Part shown: one piece after another, positions 12,652 to 23,565 of the stretch
Numbering within the stretch: the stretch's first letter is position 1
How the letters are laid out: every line of letters begins with the position of its first letter
NCBI GenBank assembly: GCA_008632985.1
Contig: QPGO01000155.1
Location: 1-64,000, forward strand
DNA from: Psammoneis japonica
Taxonomy: Eukaryota
Length of the DNA stretch: 64,000 nt
Direction: 5' to 3'
Notes under the pieces: model-generated
Databases searched by the model: none
The model's input: the letters and a program-made list of their open reading frames with translations, nothing else
What the model was told of the DNA's origin: nothing
Made by a program: the position numbers and the translations under genes

Positions 12652-15600
12652 CTACCAAAACAGAAATGAACAAAGCTGCCATCGCTTCTCACCCTTCAAA
12701 ACTTTCGTCAACAGATCCGCAAGATTGGTCTCAGTGTCTTCCTTTCCGACCCTCGTGATCCCAGCCGCAACCGCTTCCCTCACTGAATGGTAGTTGATCG
12801 CGTTGTGCTTCTTGTGCAATGTGGATTTGGGAACACTTACATTCTTTACCACGCCACGATTGTCACAAAACACATTCGCCGGCCCATCAACCGGGACCCC
12901 AAACATGCGAAGCTTGCAACGCAGCGTGACAATCATCTCCTTACAAATCCGCATTGCCACTGACTCGCTCCCAAATGCAGACGTTTCCACTGTATTCTGC
13001 TTCTTGCTGAACCACATGGTTGGTGCATTGTTCACAAAGAGGACAACCCCAGAGTGCGACCTGCGAGTGACGACATTCCCAGCATGATTCGCATCGACAA
13101 ACGCACTGACAGTTGCCGGATTCCCGTGCGCCTTCGGCATTCTGGGCGGCATTTCCTCCTCGACTTCTCTGCAGAACTCCGTCCAGTCCGCCTTGGTGTT
13201 AAACAGTGACTCATCGATCTCAGGCACCTTCGGATCGCAACCCACTTGGCCCATGTTTGGGTGCTTCTTCATGTGCGCGAAGACGTGATGCAGCGCCTCC
13301 AAACGCCCTTTCCTCGGGTTTGCCTGACATTGAGACAACAAAGACACTTCAAGCAGCACATCAATGCGCCCAAGTTCAATCGCCCACCTTGCTGTCCCAA
13401 TCAGCTGCAAGTGTCGCGACAACAGTTCTGGCCCCAACTCATCCGTCACGTCCAACTCCGGTTTGCAGTTTGCTGGAAACGGGCCCTTTGCGTTGTTCTT
13501 GAGAACCGCACCATTGCGGTCCTCCGTCAGCAGGTCCTCCACTGTCTTAATTGCATTCTTGATGTGCGCCCATGGAGAGCTGGCCCAAATCATTCGCCCA
13601 TCTGGAGTCTGTGCCTTCTCGATCGTGGCGCCCAGGCATGTCTCAGGTTCACCTTCGCTTCCGGGTTTGATTTTGCAATGCGACAAAATTGCTTCGCAAA
13701 TTGACTTGCCTTGGTGTGATGCGATCAACACATCATCGACACAGACCAAAAGCATCTTGTGGTGCTCGTGTCCGTCCCCGCGAGCCGCGGCATGCAGGCA
13801 AACGTCTGGATCTGCTGGAGTCGGCTCGAAACCCACATCGCGGAGTGCAGAGGCAAATGCTGATCGCCAAGAAAACCCCGCGCTCTTCAGTCCGTAAAGT
13901 GCTCTGACAACAATTAACACGCACCCTTTGAACTCACCGCACTCAGTGCCACCCTCAAACCATGTCTTCTCAGCACACGGTGCATTCAAATGTGCATTCT
14001 CCAGGTCAATTGCAGTGACATCAACGCCGTTGAGCGCCGCCAACATGAGAGCAATGCGAATGCTGTCTCGGGAAACCACACTGGAGCACACAATCAAATC
14101 TGGGGCTGCAGCAGCATGTCCGCCCGCAACAAACCTTGCCTTGCGAGTGAAGCCCATCTCAACGTCGAAGACCATGTGACACTGGATTTCCTGGTGACCT
14201 CGCAACGCATTGCTCTTGCCCTTGCGAACCTCCTCGGGTGTCTCACCTTTGTGTTTGCGCCAGGCGACCTTTGCCTTGCTCATTTCCTTGTTGATTGCTC
14301 GTGCCCAGTAATCTGTCCCCGTTTCTCTGTCGATCCGGAGTGCATCATCCACACTCTTTGGCAGCATGACCCCAAACTTGTGCATCGTGCGCCAACACTT
14401 TGACTTGGCCTTGGAAATGGTCCGGCTGCGCTTGCGCAAAACATGTGACACCCTCCAAGCAAACGCTGGTTCATCAGAGATCCGGTTTGCCACTGCGCAT
14501 TCGTCAACTTCAATCGGGTTAGACGCCTTGAGGTCTTTTAGCTTGACCCAGCTTGTGCTCCCATCGCGCCAGAGTGCCAGAAGCTCCCATCCCTTTGTTG
14601 TGGCCTTTTGTTTAACCTGCCCACCGGCTGTCGTGACCGTGCCATCTGCGGCTTTCCGGTGGTCCTGAATCTCCTGCAAGATGGAGAATTGACGCCCCTC
14701 CAAGTCGACCTGAGCATGCATGTTCTTGGCAATGATGTTTGCAGCACACTTGTCTGTCGTGCCATCGGCAAACTCGACCTCATGCTCCCTCATGTCAAAC
14801 AGTGAGTGCTGGTGCCGCCGACCCAGGGGCCTGCCATCGTTGCCGCGCGCTTGCTTTGTGACTGCCCCACGCCTTTCACCCTCGGTGCCAACGTCCATGA
14901 TGAGCTCCATGCCAAGATGTTGGTCGACAACCTCCTCGTCATTGTTGTCTGGGCACTCACCATCCTGCAGCATGTCACCGCACTCCTCGTCGCTTGGGGT
15001 TGCGCCCCCTTCGCATTGGATCCCATCGCTTCCATCGATTGCAACATCGTCCAAACAGAAAGCCGGTGCTGCCTCGTCGCCCTCAACCACAAAGTTCGTG
15101 TCGTCAAGTTGCCAAGTCAAGGCCTCATTGAAATTGTTGATCTGCTTCCGCTTGTCCAACTCAACACAATCGGCCTGCACAACGTGCTCCACTGAGGTTT
15201 TCGACACCAACTCACCGCTCTCGGTGATGATCCAGCAGCACATGTCGGACCCAACCTTGTGCGACATGCCAAGCCAATGCCCAAGCCGCCTCGGATCGTC
15301 TGTTGCATTTGGCTTGTCTGGTCGGTCCCACCACCATGCTAAGTCGCAGAACCTAAAATCCAAGCACTCACCAATCTCTGGTGTTTGCCCAGTCACTTCC
15401 TCATGTCCGGTCCTGCAGTCACGTCCTCTGGCCATGTGCGACACCAGCTCTGACTCACACACAAGTCCAAAATCCCATGATCGCTTTGGCACTTTCTTCT
15501 TCATCATCCTGGGTCTCCAGCGCTTCACAAGGAATCCAATCTCGCGTTCCGCCACACAGTTCTGATTCTTGCGTCCCTGTTCCGAGTTTTGGAGCTGAGC

Positions 15601-15810
15601 GCGCATGCGCCTTGCGTGTTTGACGAACTCTGTGTTCTTGCCGGTGAACTCTCCAGCACCGTCCGTGAGCAATGTCTCAGGCACACCAACGTCATCCGTA
15701 AAGTCGATCAATGATTGCCCTGAGTCTGACCTGGCTGCCATGGGAACAACTTTGACAAACTTCCCCTGAGTGCAAACGTTCGCGCACGTGTTTCCCAGTG
15801 ATGACTTCAC
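12652..15810 (-). CDS. Copia pol (integrase core, reverse transcriptase, RNase H); catalytic YVDD reads CVDD
   Basis: LLTDGAGEF (integrase); TRKARFVAGGH, RALYGLKSAG and LLVCVDDVL (RT); AFVDANHAG...RRSHSG, FCDNRGVV and NLADLLTK (RNase H). Confidence 0.93.
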   Translation of the reverse strand: MKSSLGNTCANVCTQGKFVKVVPMAARSDSGQSLIDFTDDVGVPETLLTDGAGEFTGKNTEFVKHARRMRAQLQNSEQGRKNQNCVAEREIGFLVKRWRPRMMKKKVPKRSWDFGLVCESELVSHMARGRDCRTGHEEVTGQTPEIGECLDFRFCDLAWWWDRPDKPNATDDPRRLGHWLGMSHKVGSDMCCWIITESGELVSKTSVEHVVQADCVELDKRKQINNFNEALTWQLDDTNFVVEGDEAAPAFCLDDVAIDGSDGIQCEGGATPSDEECGDMLQDGECPDNNDEEVVDQHLGMELIMDVGTEGERRGAVTKQARGNDGRPLGRRHQHSLFDMREHEVEFADGTTDKCAANIIAKNMHAQVDLEGRQFSILQEIQDHRKAADGTVTTAGGQVKQKATTKGWELLALWRDGSTSWVKLKDLKASNPIEVDECAVANRISDEPAFAWRVSHVLRKRSRTISKAKSKCWRTMHKFGVMLPKSVDDALRIDRETGTDYWARAINKEMSKAKVAWRKHKGETPEEVRKGKSNALRGHQEIQCHMVFDVEMGFTRKARFVAGGHAAAAPDLIVCSSVVSRDSIRIALMLAALNGVDVTAIDLENAHLNAPCAEKTWFEGGTECGEFKGCVLIVVRALYGLKSAGFSWRSAFASALRDVGFEPTPADPDVCLHAAARGDGHEHHKMLLVCVDDVLIASHQGKSICEAILSHCKIKPGSEGEPETCLGATIEKAQTPDGRMIWASSPWAHIKNAIKTVEDLLTEDRNGAVLKNNAKGPFPANCKPELDVTDELGPELLSRHLQLIGTARWAIELGRIDVLLEVSLLSQCQANPRKGRLEALHHVFAHMKKHPNMGQVGCDPKVPEIDESLFNTKADWTEFCREVEEEMPPRMPKAHGNPATVSAFVDANHAGNVVTRRSHSGVVLFVNNAPTMWFSKKQNTVETSAFGSESVAMRICKEMIVTLRCKLRMFGVPVDGPANVFCDNRGVVKNVSVPKSTLHKKHNAINYHSVREAVAAGITRVGKEDTETNLADLLTKVLKGEKRWQLCSFLFW

Positions 15811-15855
15811 CTTTGAAATTAGGGCATCGGCATGCCACGTCCCCTTTAGTCGCTT

Positions 15856-16938
15856 TCAGTGCAGGTCCAAGTGATCCACCCTGACGCGCCTTGACATGGG
15901 CCATGTTGACGTCCTGACACCCCGCTGAGTGGTCACATTAAGTGTGTCCTTTGCTGCATCTAGGCCGACGTTCCACTCACGCGCCAGCTCTTCAGGAGTG
16001 ATCTTTGAGTGTCTGTCCTGGGTCCTCAGTTCAGAGATCTTGCGCTCGCGCCTGTTGACATCCTCCCTGCATGTGCAGGCAATCTTCACAGATGCAATCA
16101 TGCGGTCACAGAACGTCTGGAGGTTGTGAATCGGGGAAATGCTTGCCACAGTTTCTTCGACTTCTCCCCACTCTACCGCCTTGGACTGCTTTCTCTCTGC
16201 TCTCATCTCTGCAATCTCAGACTTGCGCATGTGAGAGGTCAAGGATTGAACAGTGCGCATTTCTTGTTGCTCACGAGTTTTGTTCGGGAAACCCATGTCC
16301 ACCTCTGTCGGGTTCCACATCTTGCCGGTCAAGATGATAACTGGCAAATTCTGCTCCTCCCAATCTGTTGGCACTCGAGTGTTGAAGGACACCACTGTCC
16401 CCGTGGTGTGGAAAGGGATGAAGGCTTCGTCCGTTGAAATGCCAAATGAGTCCTGAGGATCGTACGGGTTGTCATTGACTGGCATGTTGCATGCACGCAG
16501 TTGGTTTGGATTGATCAAGGAGTGTTCCATCTGCTGCCCAAACCATGACATCCAGTCGCCCACCAGCAGGCAATTCTTCGTCGTCTCCGGGTCTGTCCAA
16601 ACAGCGCAGCAACGTGTGACCGGAATCTCTTTAACAGGTTCATGCGATTCAAGGAAAGGACTTGCTTCGCATGTTTCATTCGTGAGCTCCATGAGTTTCC
16701 AATTTGCTCCGGCGCAGCAAGTGTCTGCATGTGTGTCACATTCATTTCGCAAAACGTGCCCCGGCTCTGTGTGTGTTGATGTCGTGGTCGCGTTTGCGGC
16801 CCTTGCACTGCACTTGGAAATCACTGAGATCCTGCGAGGTGTGCTTTTGAGGGTGTTTGGGTGGGGTTGAGACAGCAACAAGACCAAGATCAAGGGCAAA
16901 ACAAACACGTTTACGCAGCATGCACCAAGTGCTGTCAA
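15856..16938 (-). CDS. Copia protease / pre-integrase region
   Basis: NECDTHADTCCAGAN (aspartic-protease-like motif), SLINPNQLR, ITPEELAREWNVGLDAAKDTLNVTTQRGVR. The true start is probably internal or frameshifted from gag. Confidence 0.8.
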   Translation of the reverse strand: MTALGACCVNVFVLPLILVLLLSQPHPNTLKSTPRRISVISKCSARAANATTTSTHTEPGHVLRNECDTHADTCCAGANWKLMELTNETCEASPFLESHEPVKEIPVTRCCAVWTDPETTKNCLLVGDWMSWFGQQMEHSLINPNQLRACNMPVNDNPYDPQDSFGISTDEAFIPFHTTGTVVSFNTRVPTDWEEQNLPVIILTGKMWNPTEVDMGFPNKTREQQEMRTVQSLTSHMRKSEIAEMRAERKQSKAVEWGEVEETVASISPIHNLQTFCDRMIASVKIACTCREDVNRRERKISELRTQDRHSKITPEELAREWNVGLDAAKDTLNVTTQRGVRTSTWPMSRRVRVDHLDLH

Positions 16939-16956
16939 AGCTGTTGCCCCACACCT

Positions 16957-18411
16957 TCAGGACCGCCCTCCGCAGGCACCGCGCCCAAATCCTGCACCAT
17001 GGCGCCCACCATTGTCGTCGCTGCCTCCTCCGCCACCTGCGGTGCTGGGTGTCACTTGATGATCGTCCTGTTGCTTGCCATCCTTCTGCACTGCTGCCAC
17101 TTGGCGTTTGTTGTTGCGAGGGCCACCTCGCCCTTGCGAGTGGCCTCCACGGCCCTGCATGTGCTCCCCAGCTTGCCTCACGTAAGTCCAACCCCCGTTG
17201 GGTTTGAGCCCATCCCATTCGTCGGGAGAGAAAGTGCAAGTTGGGTCAGTGCAATCAACACCATTGATTGAGACCTCACCGCCGTGGCCACGACCGCCGT
17301 CGCGACCGCAGCCTCGACCACGTCCACGTCCTCCTCCGTCGCAGTTGCGACCACGTCCGGGGCCACCCGCAACCTGGGAGACCTTGCGCTTGTTCCTGCA
17401 ACACTGCGCCTCGAGCTGCGCTGGGCCGTGTAAACGAGCAACCTCTTTAGAGAAGAAGGTGCAGGCCCCTGCAAAGTCATTGCCAAAGCGTTCGCTGATG
17501 ATCGCCGTGCATGCGCAGAGGGCAACATCGTCCGTCTCAATCCCTTTTGGGAGTGCATCTGCTTTCTGGGAAGCGCTGGTTAGTTTGGAAGTGTACATTT
17601 CAAATGACAAGCACCTTTCATTTTTGTGATGCAGCATCTCGAGCTGCTTCTTGGCCAATTGAGTGTGCTTGCTGAGCTCGCCCTGGCCGTCACAGTGATC
17701 GGACCATGCCCAAAAGGCACGCCGCCTGTCCTTGGTGTCATTGAAAGACTCAATCCATGCGCATCCGTCCGTGTTGATGAGGCATTCCTTGAGGAAATGG
17801 CACACGGTCTTGTTGTCTTCCTCGAAGGATGGTCCGTTCAAGGGGACATCGAACATGCGCTGCTTGGCAGTGTCTGCAAATGCCGCCGGTGCTGCTGCGG
17901 GCCTCACCACATGACGCAAAGGTTCCTGATTGACCCCAAGCTTCTGAGATGAGAGGTTGAGGAACGCGTCTTCCATGGTCTCAAACTCGTCTGCGTCAAA
18001 CTTCGGCAGATGGCTCACTTTCGTGTCAGAGTCAGGACGATTGGCCTGAACACGCTTTAACTCACGTGCCACAACCAACGCCGCATGATCAAAGTCTGCC
18101 GCCACCAGGGCTTGTCCAAGCTTCTGAAGATCATGAAGCCACCAAACCAAGACTTGTAGATTTTTGAGCTGGATGGCACCTGTCACCACCCTGCCATCCT
18201 GCACGGCACGCCTGCCGGCGCGACTTGCCAACTCTTCGATGTCTTTGTCACTCTCCATCAGGGCTGAGTCTTCCAGGGTGTCAAATCCATCGTAAAAGAC
18301 GAGAGGAGCCCTTCCTCCTTGATTGGCAAAGCCACACACTTGCAACACGGCATCAACATTGTCAGCCGCTGCCAAAGCCGCAAGGGCTGCTCCTGGCGGG
18401 GCTGCTGCCAT
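16957..18411 (-). CDS. Copia gag-like ORF with an RGG-rich C-terminus
   Basis: 484-aa ORF between the PBS and pol; GGRGRGRG tracts; PLRHVVR...FEEDNKTVCHFLK...DGCAWI typical of diatom copia gag. Confidence 0.8.
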   Translation of the reverse strand: MAAAPPGAALAALAAADNVDAVLQVCGFANQGGRAPLVFYDGFDTLEDSALMESDKDIEELASRAGRRAVQDGRVVTGAIQLKNLQVLVWWLHDLQKLGQALVAADFDHAALVVARELKRVQANRPDSDTKVSHLPKFDADEFETMEDAFLNLSSQKLGVNQEPLRHVVRPAAAPAAFADTAKQRMFDVPLNGPSFEEDNKTVCHFLKECLINTDGCAWIESFNDTKDRRRAFWAWSDHCDGQGELSKHTQLAKKQLEMLHHKNERCLSFEMYTSKLTSASQKADALPKGIETDDVALCACTAIISERFGNDFAGACTFFSKEVARLHGPAQLEAQCCRNKRKVSQVAGGPGRGRNCDGGGRGRGRGCGRDGGRGHGGEVSINGVDCTDPTCTFSPDEWDGLKPNGGWTYVRQAGEHMQGRGGHSQGRGGPRNNKRQVAAVQKDGKQQDDHQVTPSTAGGGGGSDDNGGRHGAGFGRGACGGRS

Positions 18412-18853
18412 AGTTCTGTTGGTGAATGCAAGGGAAAAAGGTTAGGTTGTGAGATTTGCGCACGCACACTGGGTTGGTTGGGAGACTGAGCGCATCCGAG
18501 CGCCATGGCAATGGGTCCATGTAGCCAACCGGTGCTGGGTGGCCAAACCCAGACCATTTCTTTCTCATTGGGCACATGCCCGGGCATGCCGCCCCACGCT
18601 GCGCTGTCCAACACCCATTGACATGTTGGAAACTGTTTGAGTTGCAAGCGTGATCCCATTCTGACCGTAAATCCCATCGTCAAGTTCGACAATTTTCTCA
18701 TTCACACGTGGCAGATTCGCACACGTGGGACTCAGCACACTTTCTGCGGTCAGCTCCCAGGTGGTTCTCAACAACAGCGAATGTGTGCGTGTGTCGCTCT
18801 CAATGCAGGTCATGCAATCACAGTTTCAATGCGCCCAGATGCTCACTCTGAAG

Positions 18854-18866
18854 CCTGGCTCTGATA
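18854..18866 (-). other. Primer-binding site, tRNA-iMet-like (TATCAGAGCCAGG)
   Basis: Immediately inside the 5' LTR. Matches the familiar TGGTATCAGAGCCAGG PBS without the TGG. Confidence 0.75.
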
Positions 18867-18867
18867 A

Positions 18868-19019
18868 AGCGAGTGAATCTGGATGTGGAGGTGCGGCTAC
18901 ATCCACAGCTCCCTTGCCGTTCGCAAGCTTAAAGATTTGTTGTCGCATCATTCTCTCTGCTCTTCTCTCTTGTGGCTCGCATTGGTGCCGTCTGTGCGAC
19001 CACCGCATCGGATTTTACT
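18868..19019 (-). repeat. 5' LTR (152 bp), TpA largely converted, 13-bp deletion relative to the 3' LTR
   Basis: Aligns end to end with 12340-12504. Confidence 0.9.
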
Positions 19020-20010
19020 TGCTGGGACTGCTTTTCTTGCGACAACAAACAACCACCTGATGTGCCGCACCGCACAGCTGCGGGGATCTCTCCATTTGTG
19101 AGTCTCTCAAGCCGCTTGCCAGCCATGACACCCACACCAAGAGTTGTCATCGTTGAGCGCATGAGCAGTTTCTTCTGGACACGTCCAGCCATGCCTGATC
19201 CAAACAAGACCTCCATGCTTGTGGCCCCGATTCTGCATCCACAGGGACCATTGCAACCAGTGTTCAATCAGCATGGCTTCGGAGCGTCTCGAACACATTG
19301 TCATTTGGACCACTCAGGTGCTGACAGAGTCGATGGATCGAACAATTTCATGGCCTGTGGTTGACTCCAAAAATGTCATCAATTTCCCTCCCACTGTCAA
19401 TGATGGTGTCCACCCACTGGCGTTCTCTCTGTTTTGTCTTTGCTGTTTGTGTGAAGGCAACGCTGCATGAACCGCACTTGTCACAAGATTCAACATCAGA
19501 TCAAACGAATGTTCCGCTGCCCTTGTGCCGTCCTCACCCAGAGCTACAGCCAAAAGTGACGCATCCTTTTCGTCCTCTGCAAGAGAGAAGCATGCATCAC
19601 GTCGTCGCATGGGCGTCTCAACACAACGGTGTCCAGTTTTCTTTTTACCCTGCTTGTTCTCCCGAGCAAGAATCTGCCTTCAAATCCAAGATTTTGTGCT
19701 CTCGTTGTGTTCATCATTAGGAACAAAATGCTGTGGAAGCATCTGGACCACATGTCCACCATGACATCAGCACTCCACCTGCTTGATTGCTTCTGCCGAG
19801 GTCAACATTGACATGTCCTCCATTTTCCTGTGGACGTTCTGCAAGTGCGGCGCACTGATCACTCTCATGATGGATGGTTGCTGTTGTTGAATTGCTTTCA
19901 AAGCAACCACCGCAGCTCTTCTTCTCTGGCAACCGTCGCTCAAACTCAAGCCCCAGTCACCAAGAGCACTCGATTGTCACCACTCGAACAATCTTTGTTG
20001 CACCGAGTTT

Positions 20011-20312
20011 TCAAATTGCACTAAAACCGATCGCTGCTGCTGCTGTCCTGCAATGTTGTGATGCCGATCCTTGGATGTTCCCACCTGCGCGCCAAAACGA
20101 TCTCCCTTCTCCCGTCAAACAAATCACTGCAACCACACTTTCTGCATCCAACACCAACTGCATTCGGAAACATGTCTCGACAACAATTCGCAAACTTTTG
20201 TGTTGAAACAGTTCAGACGATCGGGACGATTCAACGACAGAATAACTGCATCTCCACCCGACTTGGGAAGACTGACGCGTTTCGACAGGATGGCCGCTGA
20301 CGACGCCACATG
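20011..20312 (-). pseudogene. Enoyl-CoA hydratase/isomerase-like N-terminal fragment
   Basis: AVILSLNRPDRLNCFN..., then a frameshift, then VICLTGEGRSF-x-AGGNI (crotonase LNRP and TGxGRxFCAGxD motifs). Confidence 0.6.
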
Positions 20313-20899
20313 CTTCTAGCTAGCTAGAGCTAGTCTAGGCAGAGAGTGGAGGTGCGATTTTTTGTTTCGTGCGCTTTCCGGCCGGCCGTCTTGGTCAGGT
20401 CGGAGGGAGAAATTTTCTGATTTCAAAATTTTGTGCTCCTGCATGCTTCCAAGTAACTGCACGTGTCGAACCATTCAACTCATGACAGCATCATCCACAT
20501 GACGAGAGAGGTTGCAATCGTTCATGGCAGTCTGACAAAGTCAAGAGCAACACGTGAGAAATGGCAGAATGCAAAATCCTCATTCTTGCTGCAGAAAAGG
20601 AGGGGTTGCGGTGTGCCGGCATGACGCTGTGTGCTGACAGGTGAAGATGTGCAAAGTCACCAAAGATGCAATTGACGACATTGTTGTGAGTGCTTCTGTG
20701 TGTTGAAGATTCTTCAGACTGCCTCCCCTTCCAATTGTTCTCACGCTTGACACACATTTCCAATGCTCATCGACGCAGCAAGCAAAAAAAATCAATTTGT
20801 CGGCAATTCCATCTTTCGCATCGATGGCGAAATCACGCAGCCGTGGAGCTTGCACACACAGGCCATTTGGCAAGATTTGCACCCTGTGAGAAATGTGAG

Positions 20900-23565
20900 G
20901 TTGCATCTTTGTAGAGACAATGCTGCCAAGGACACAGCTCTGTCGTCCTGTGCAAGGATGTGGAAGATCTGGATGACACGCGGACCCTCGCAACACTCAA
21001 CGCGAACGAGGAATGAAGGCTCACGTGTTTCCGCAGAGCTCGACATTCGGATCGAACTTTGTCATGCATTGGCTGCTCTTGCCAACATTCTTGAAACTGT
21101 TCGAGAATCTTTAAGCCAATCAATGAGATGCTTGAGGGATGTGCCGAGGCCACAGAAAACGGTGCCATCGACATTGTCCTCCGGATTGCGTCCTTGCCAG
21201 ACAGTTCTTTTGTGTTCCAAGGTGCTGATTTGATGAGCATGTCAACCTCATCATAGAATCTCTCCATTCTTTGTCATCAATCCCCCCTCTCCTGCTTTCA
21301 GAGTGTTGATCAAATTTTGCATGGTGCACATGTGGCATTTTGAAGGCTCTCGCTGCTTGCTCTGGTCCTGCCCCAGTCAAACTCAAAATTTTGATTTTAC
21401 GTGCCAACACTTGTGACAAAAAGGAAGACACTGCAATCAAATTGGGTTTGAAAAAAAAATGCCGTTGTTTCCAAGCATTCATGGCAGAAATGGCTGCAAG
21501 GAGAAACGCTTTTCTTGTGCTTTTCAATCAATCAGAGGATGTGACCATTCAGTTCTTGGCCCAAAACATGGATGACGTCGGCAAGTGCGGAGATGGATTT
21601 GCATTGCTTGTTCTGGAACTGACTTGCATGGTTTGTTGTTGTGATCCTGTTCACAAGTCACGATTTGTCCGGGTCTTGTGTCAGATGCTTTCCAACACGT
21701 CTGCTCCATGTCCTGCGAGGCAGTTTGGACTCCAGTGTTGTTTTCTTTGGTGACCACTCCCACTCGGGCTGCCGCTGTCACGTTTACAAACTTTTTGAAC
21801 AGCAAGAATGACAACAATTTCATGCTTGTTGTTCTCGAGCGATTGGAAGACCTCAAGACTTGTTGTCACAAGATCTTGCGGGAGCTGCTCATGGACATTC
21901 CTTTTGCTCTTAGTTCCCCAAGCGCTGACATCTGCAAGAAGGTCCTCGATGTTGCCATGGACATTGTCACCCCTCGTGACATCGCCAATGTGGTGTCAAC
22001 GCTCAAGGGCAAGATTGCCAAGACGGCTCAACAGTGGGACTTCACCATGGCGGAAGCTTGGGGCATGGCCCACCAGAACATGCTGATTCGGGCCATTCAC
22101 GGATGTGCTGTGCGATTCACCGATGTTGCCGAGTTGGTTGTTTTTAACCTCATGGACTTTTTGGACACTGATGGTGGCATGCAGGTTGCCATTTTGTCAT
22201 GAACCATTGTCGAACAGTGCCCCACACTGCCAGGATCAATCTTGCCCAAGTTGTTGGGTGCCGTTGAGGACATTTCTTCTGGCAACATTGTGTGCGCACT
22301 GGCATGCCTCTGGATCTTCGGTGAATGGTCGGATGCGGAGGAAACCAATGTGGTGACCTTTGAAACCACATTGGAACAGTCAAGTCCAACCCCATTCTTG
22401 ATTGCCAAGGAAGACAATCATGAAGAGAAGCACAAGGGAGAGGCTCCCAAAATGATCACCAAGAATGTCATGTTGGCCGACGGTGCTTGTGCAACCCAGA
22501 CCGTCCACCCCGAAGACGTTCTTCCGGATGAGTCAAACAATGAGATCATTTGCGCAAGATGTCTTGTGAACCGTTCTAGCTTCTTTTTGTCTTTGAGGGC
22601 TGCGGATCTGCCTCCAGTGGACCCATTGGTGATTGCGACAATCACGTCCAATGCGCTGCTTGTCATGTGTGGTGCAGTCAAAATGGCCAAGGCCAGCACT
22701 TCAGCTCGGCATCCCACCATGGCTGATCATTCAGAATGCATTGCACTGTTGCCGTGCGTTGTTGGAATCCAAGGCTTTGCTCAAGGACGCTCTCCTGAAC
22801 GATGGCAAAGCAACGTCTGCCCGGTTTCTCAAGACACTCAAAAAGAAACCAACATGCAAACTCGTTGCGGCACAGCCTGACAACTTGATCCACTTTCGTC
22901 AGTTGCTTCCCACAGCTTTTTAGGGTGGTGATGTCAACCTTGACAATGGAGACAATTTGGAAGGTGCCACTGGTCATGTTGGTGCCAACGATTTGCTTGG
23001 TCCTGGCTGAATCATGTCTGCCAACTCAGTTGCTTTGCGGATGATGTTTGCGCGGAGGACTTTGTCACGGTCCATGAACATGTTGGTGTCTTGGAGATTC
23101 TGGTGATCAATCGCACTCCCAACACACTGGCCAACTTGGTGGTGTAGCTTGCCACCATGGGTGAGACATGAAGAATGTCAAACGACCGCAGCATCAAAAC
23201 ATTGGCCCTCTCAATCAGGTCACCGTTAGCGCCTCCATCAAGGTCTTCTCCACCAAGATGCGGGGCATGTCTTTGGAGCCATTGTCTGTGAAGACACGGC
23301 GACATGAGAGAAGGGATGCATCAATCTCAAGGACATTCACATGGACATCAAGTGTTGCATTTGCCCCGCAACTTGTGCCGACGAAGCCTTTTGATCCATG
23401 TGGGCCGAGTTTGAATGGGAAAACAATGAGGTCGCCATTTCAACCTCATTCTCAACTTGTTGAATTTTCTCAATCACATTGTCGAGTCAACTAGCATGTG
23501 TTGCCTCACTCTGCATGACACTTTGGAAACGGCAAACTTCCTTGCCGCCAATCTCTGTGCAAGTG
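20900..23565 (+). pseudogene. COPB1: Coatomer subunit beta (beta-COP) pseudogene, hypermutated
   Basis: NDNNFMLVVLERL...LLMDIPFALSSPSADICKKVLD; LADGACATQT; DDVCAEDFVTVHEHVGVLEILVINRTPNTLANL; SMWAEFEWEN; FLAANLCA. Many frameshifts. Confidence 0.88.

Larger units (their letters stand above)
12340..19019 (-). mobile_element. Full-length Ty1/copia LTR retrotransposon (CoDi-like), hypermutated
   Basis: Two LTRs, a PBS, and gag, protease-region and INT-RT-RNaseH ORFs in copia order. Confidence 0.95.

Noticed and set aside
12652..15810. Alternative genetic code with Tyr reassigned
   Set aside because: Neighbouring intact genes use TAY for conserved Tyr (GYG, TYNILAD) and normal stops.
12652..18411. 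ADAR-type RNA editing or reverse-transcriptase error as the cause
   Set aside because: Both A->G and T->C occur on the same strand, the two LTRs differ, and non-retro sequences are affected.
19020..20000. Gene remnant between the 5' LTR and the enoyl-CoA hydratase fragment
   Set aside because: It looks coding-derived but no family could be recognised.
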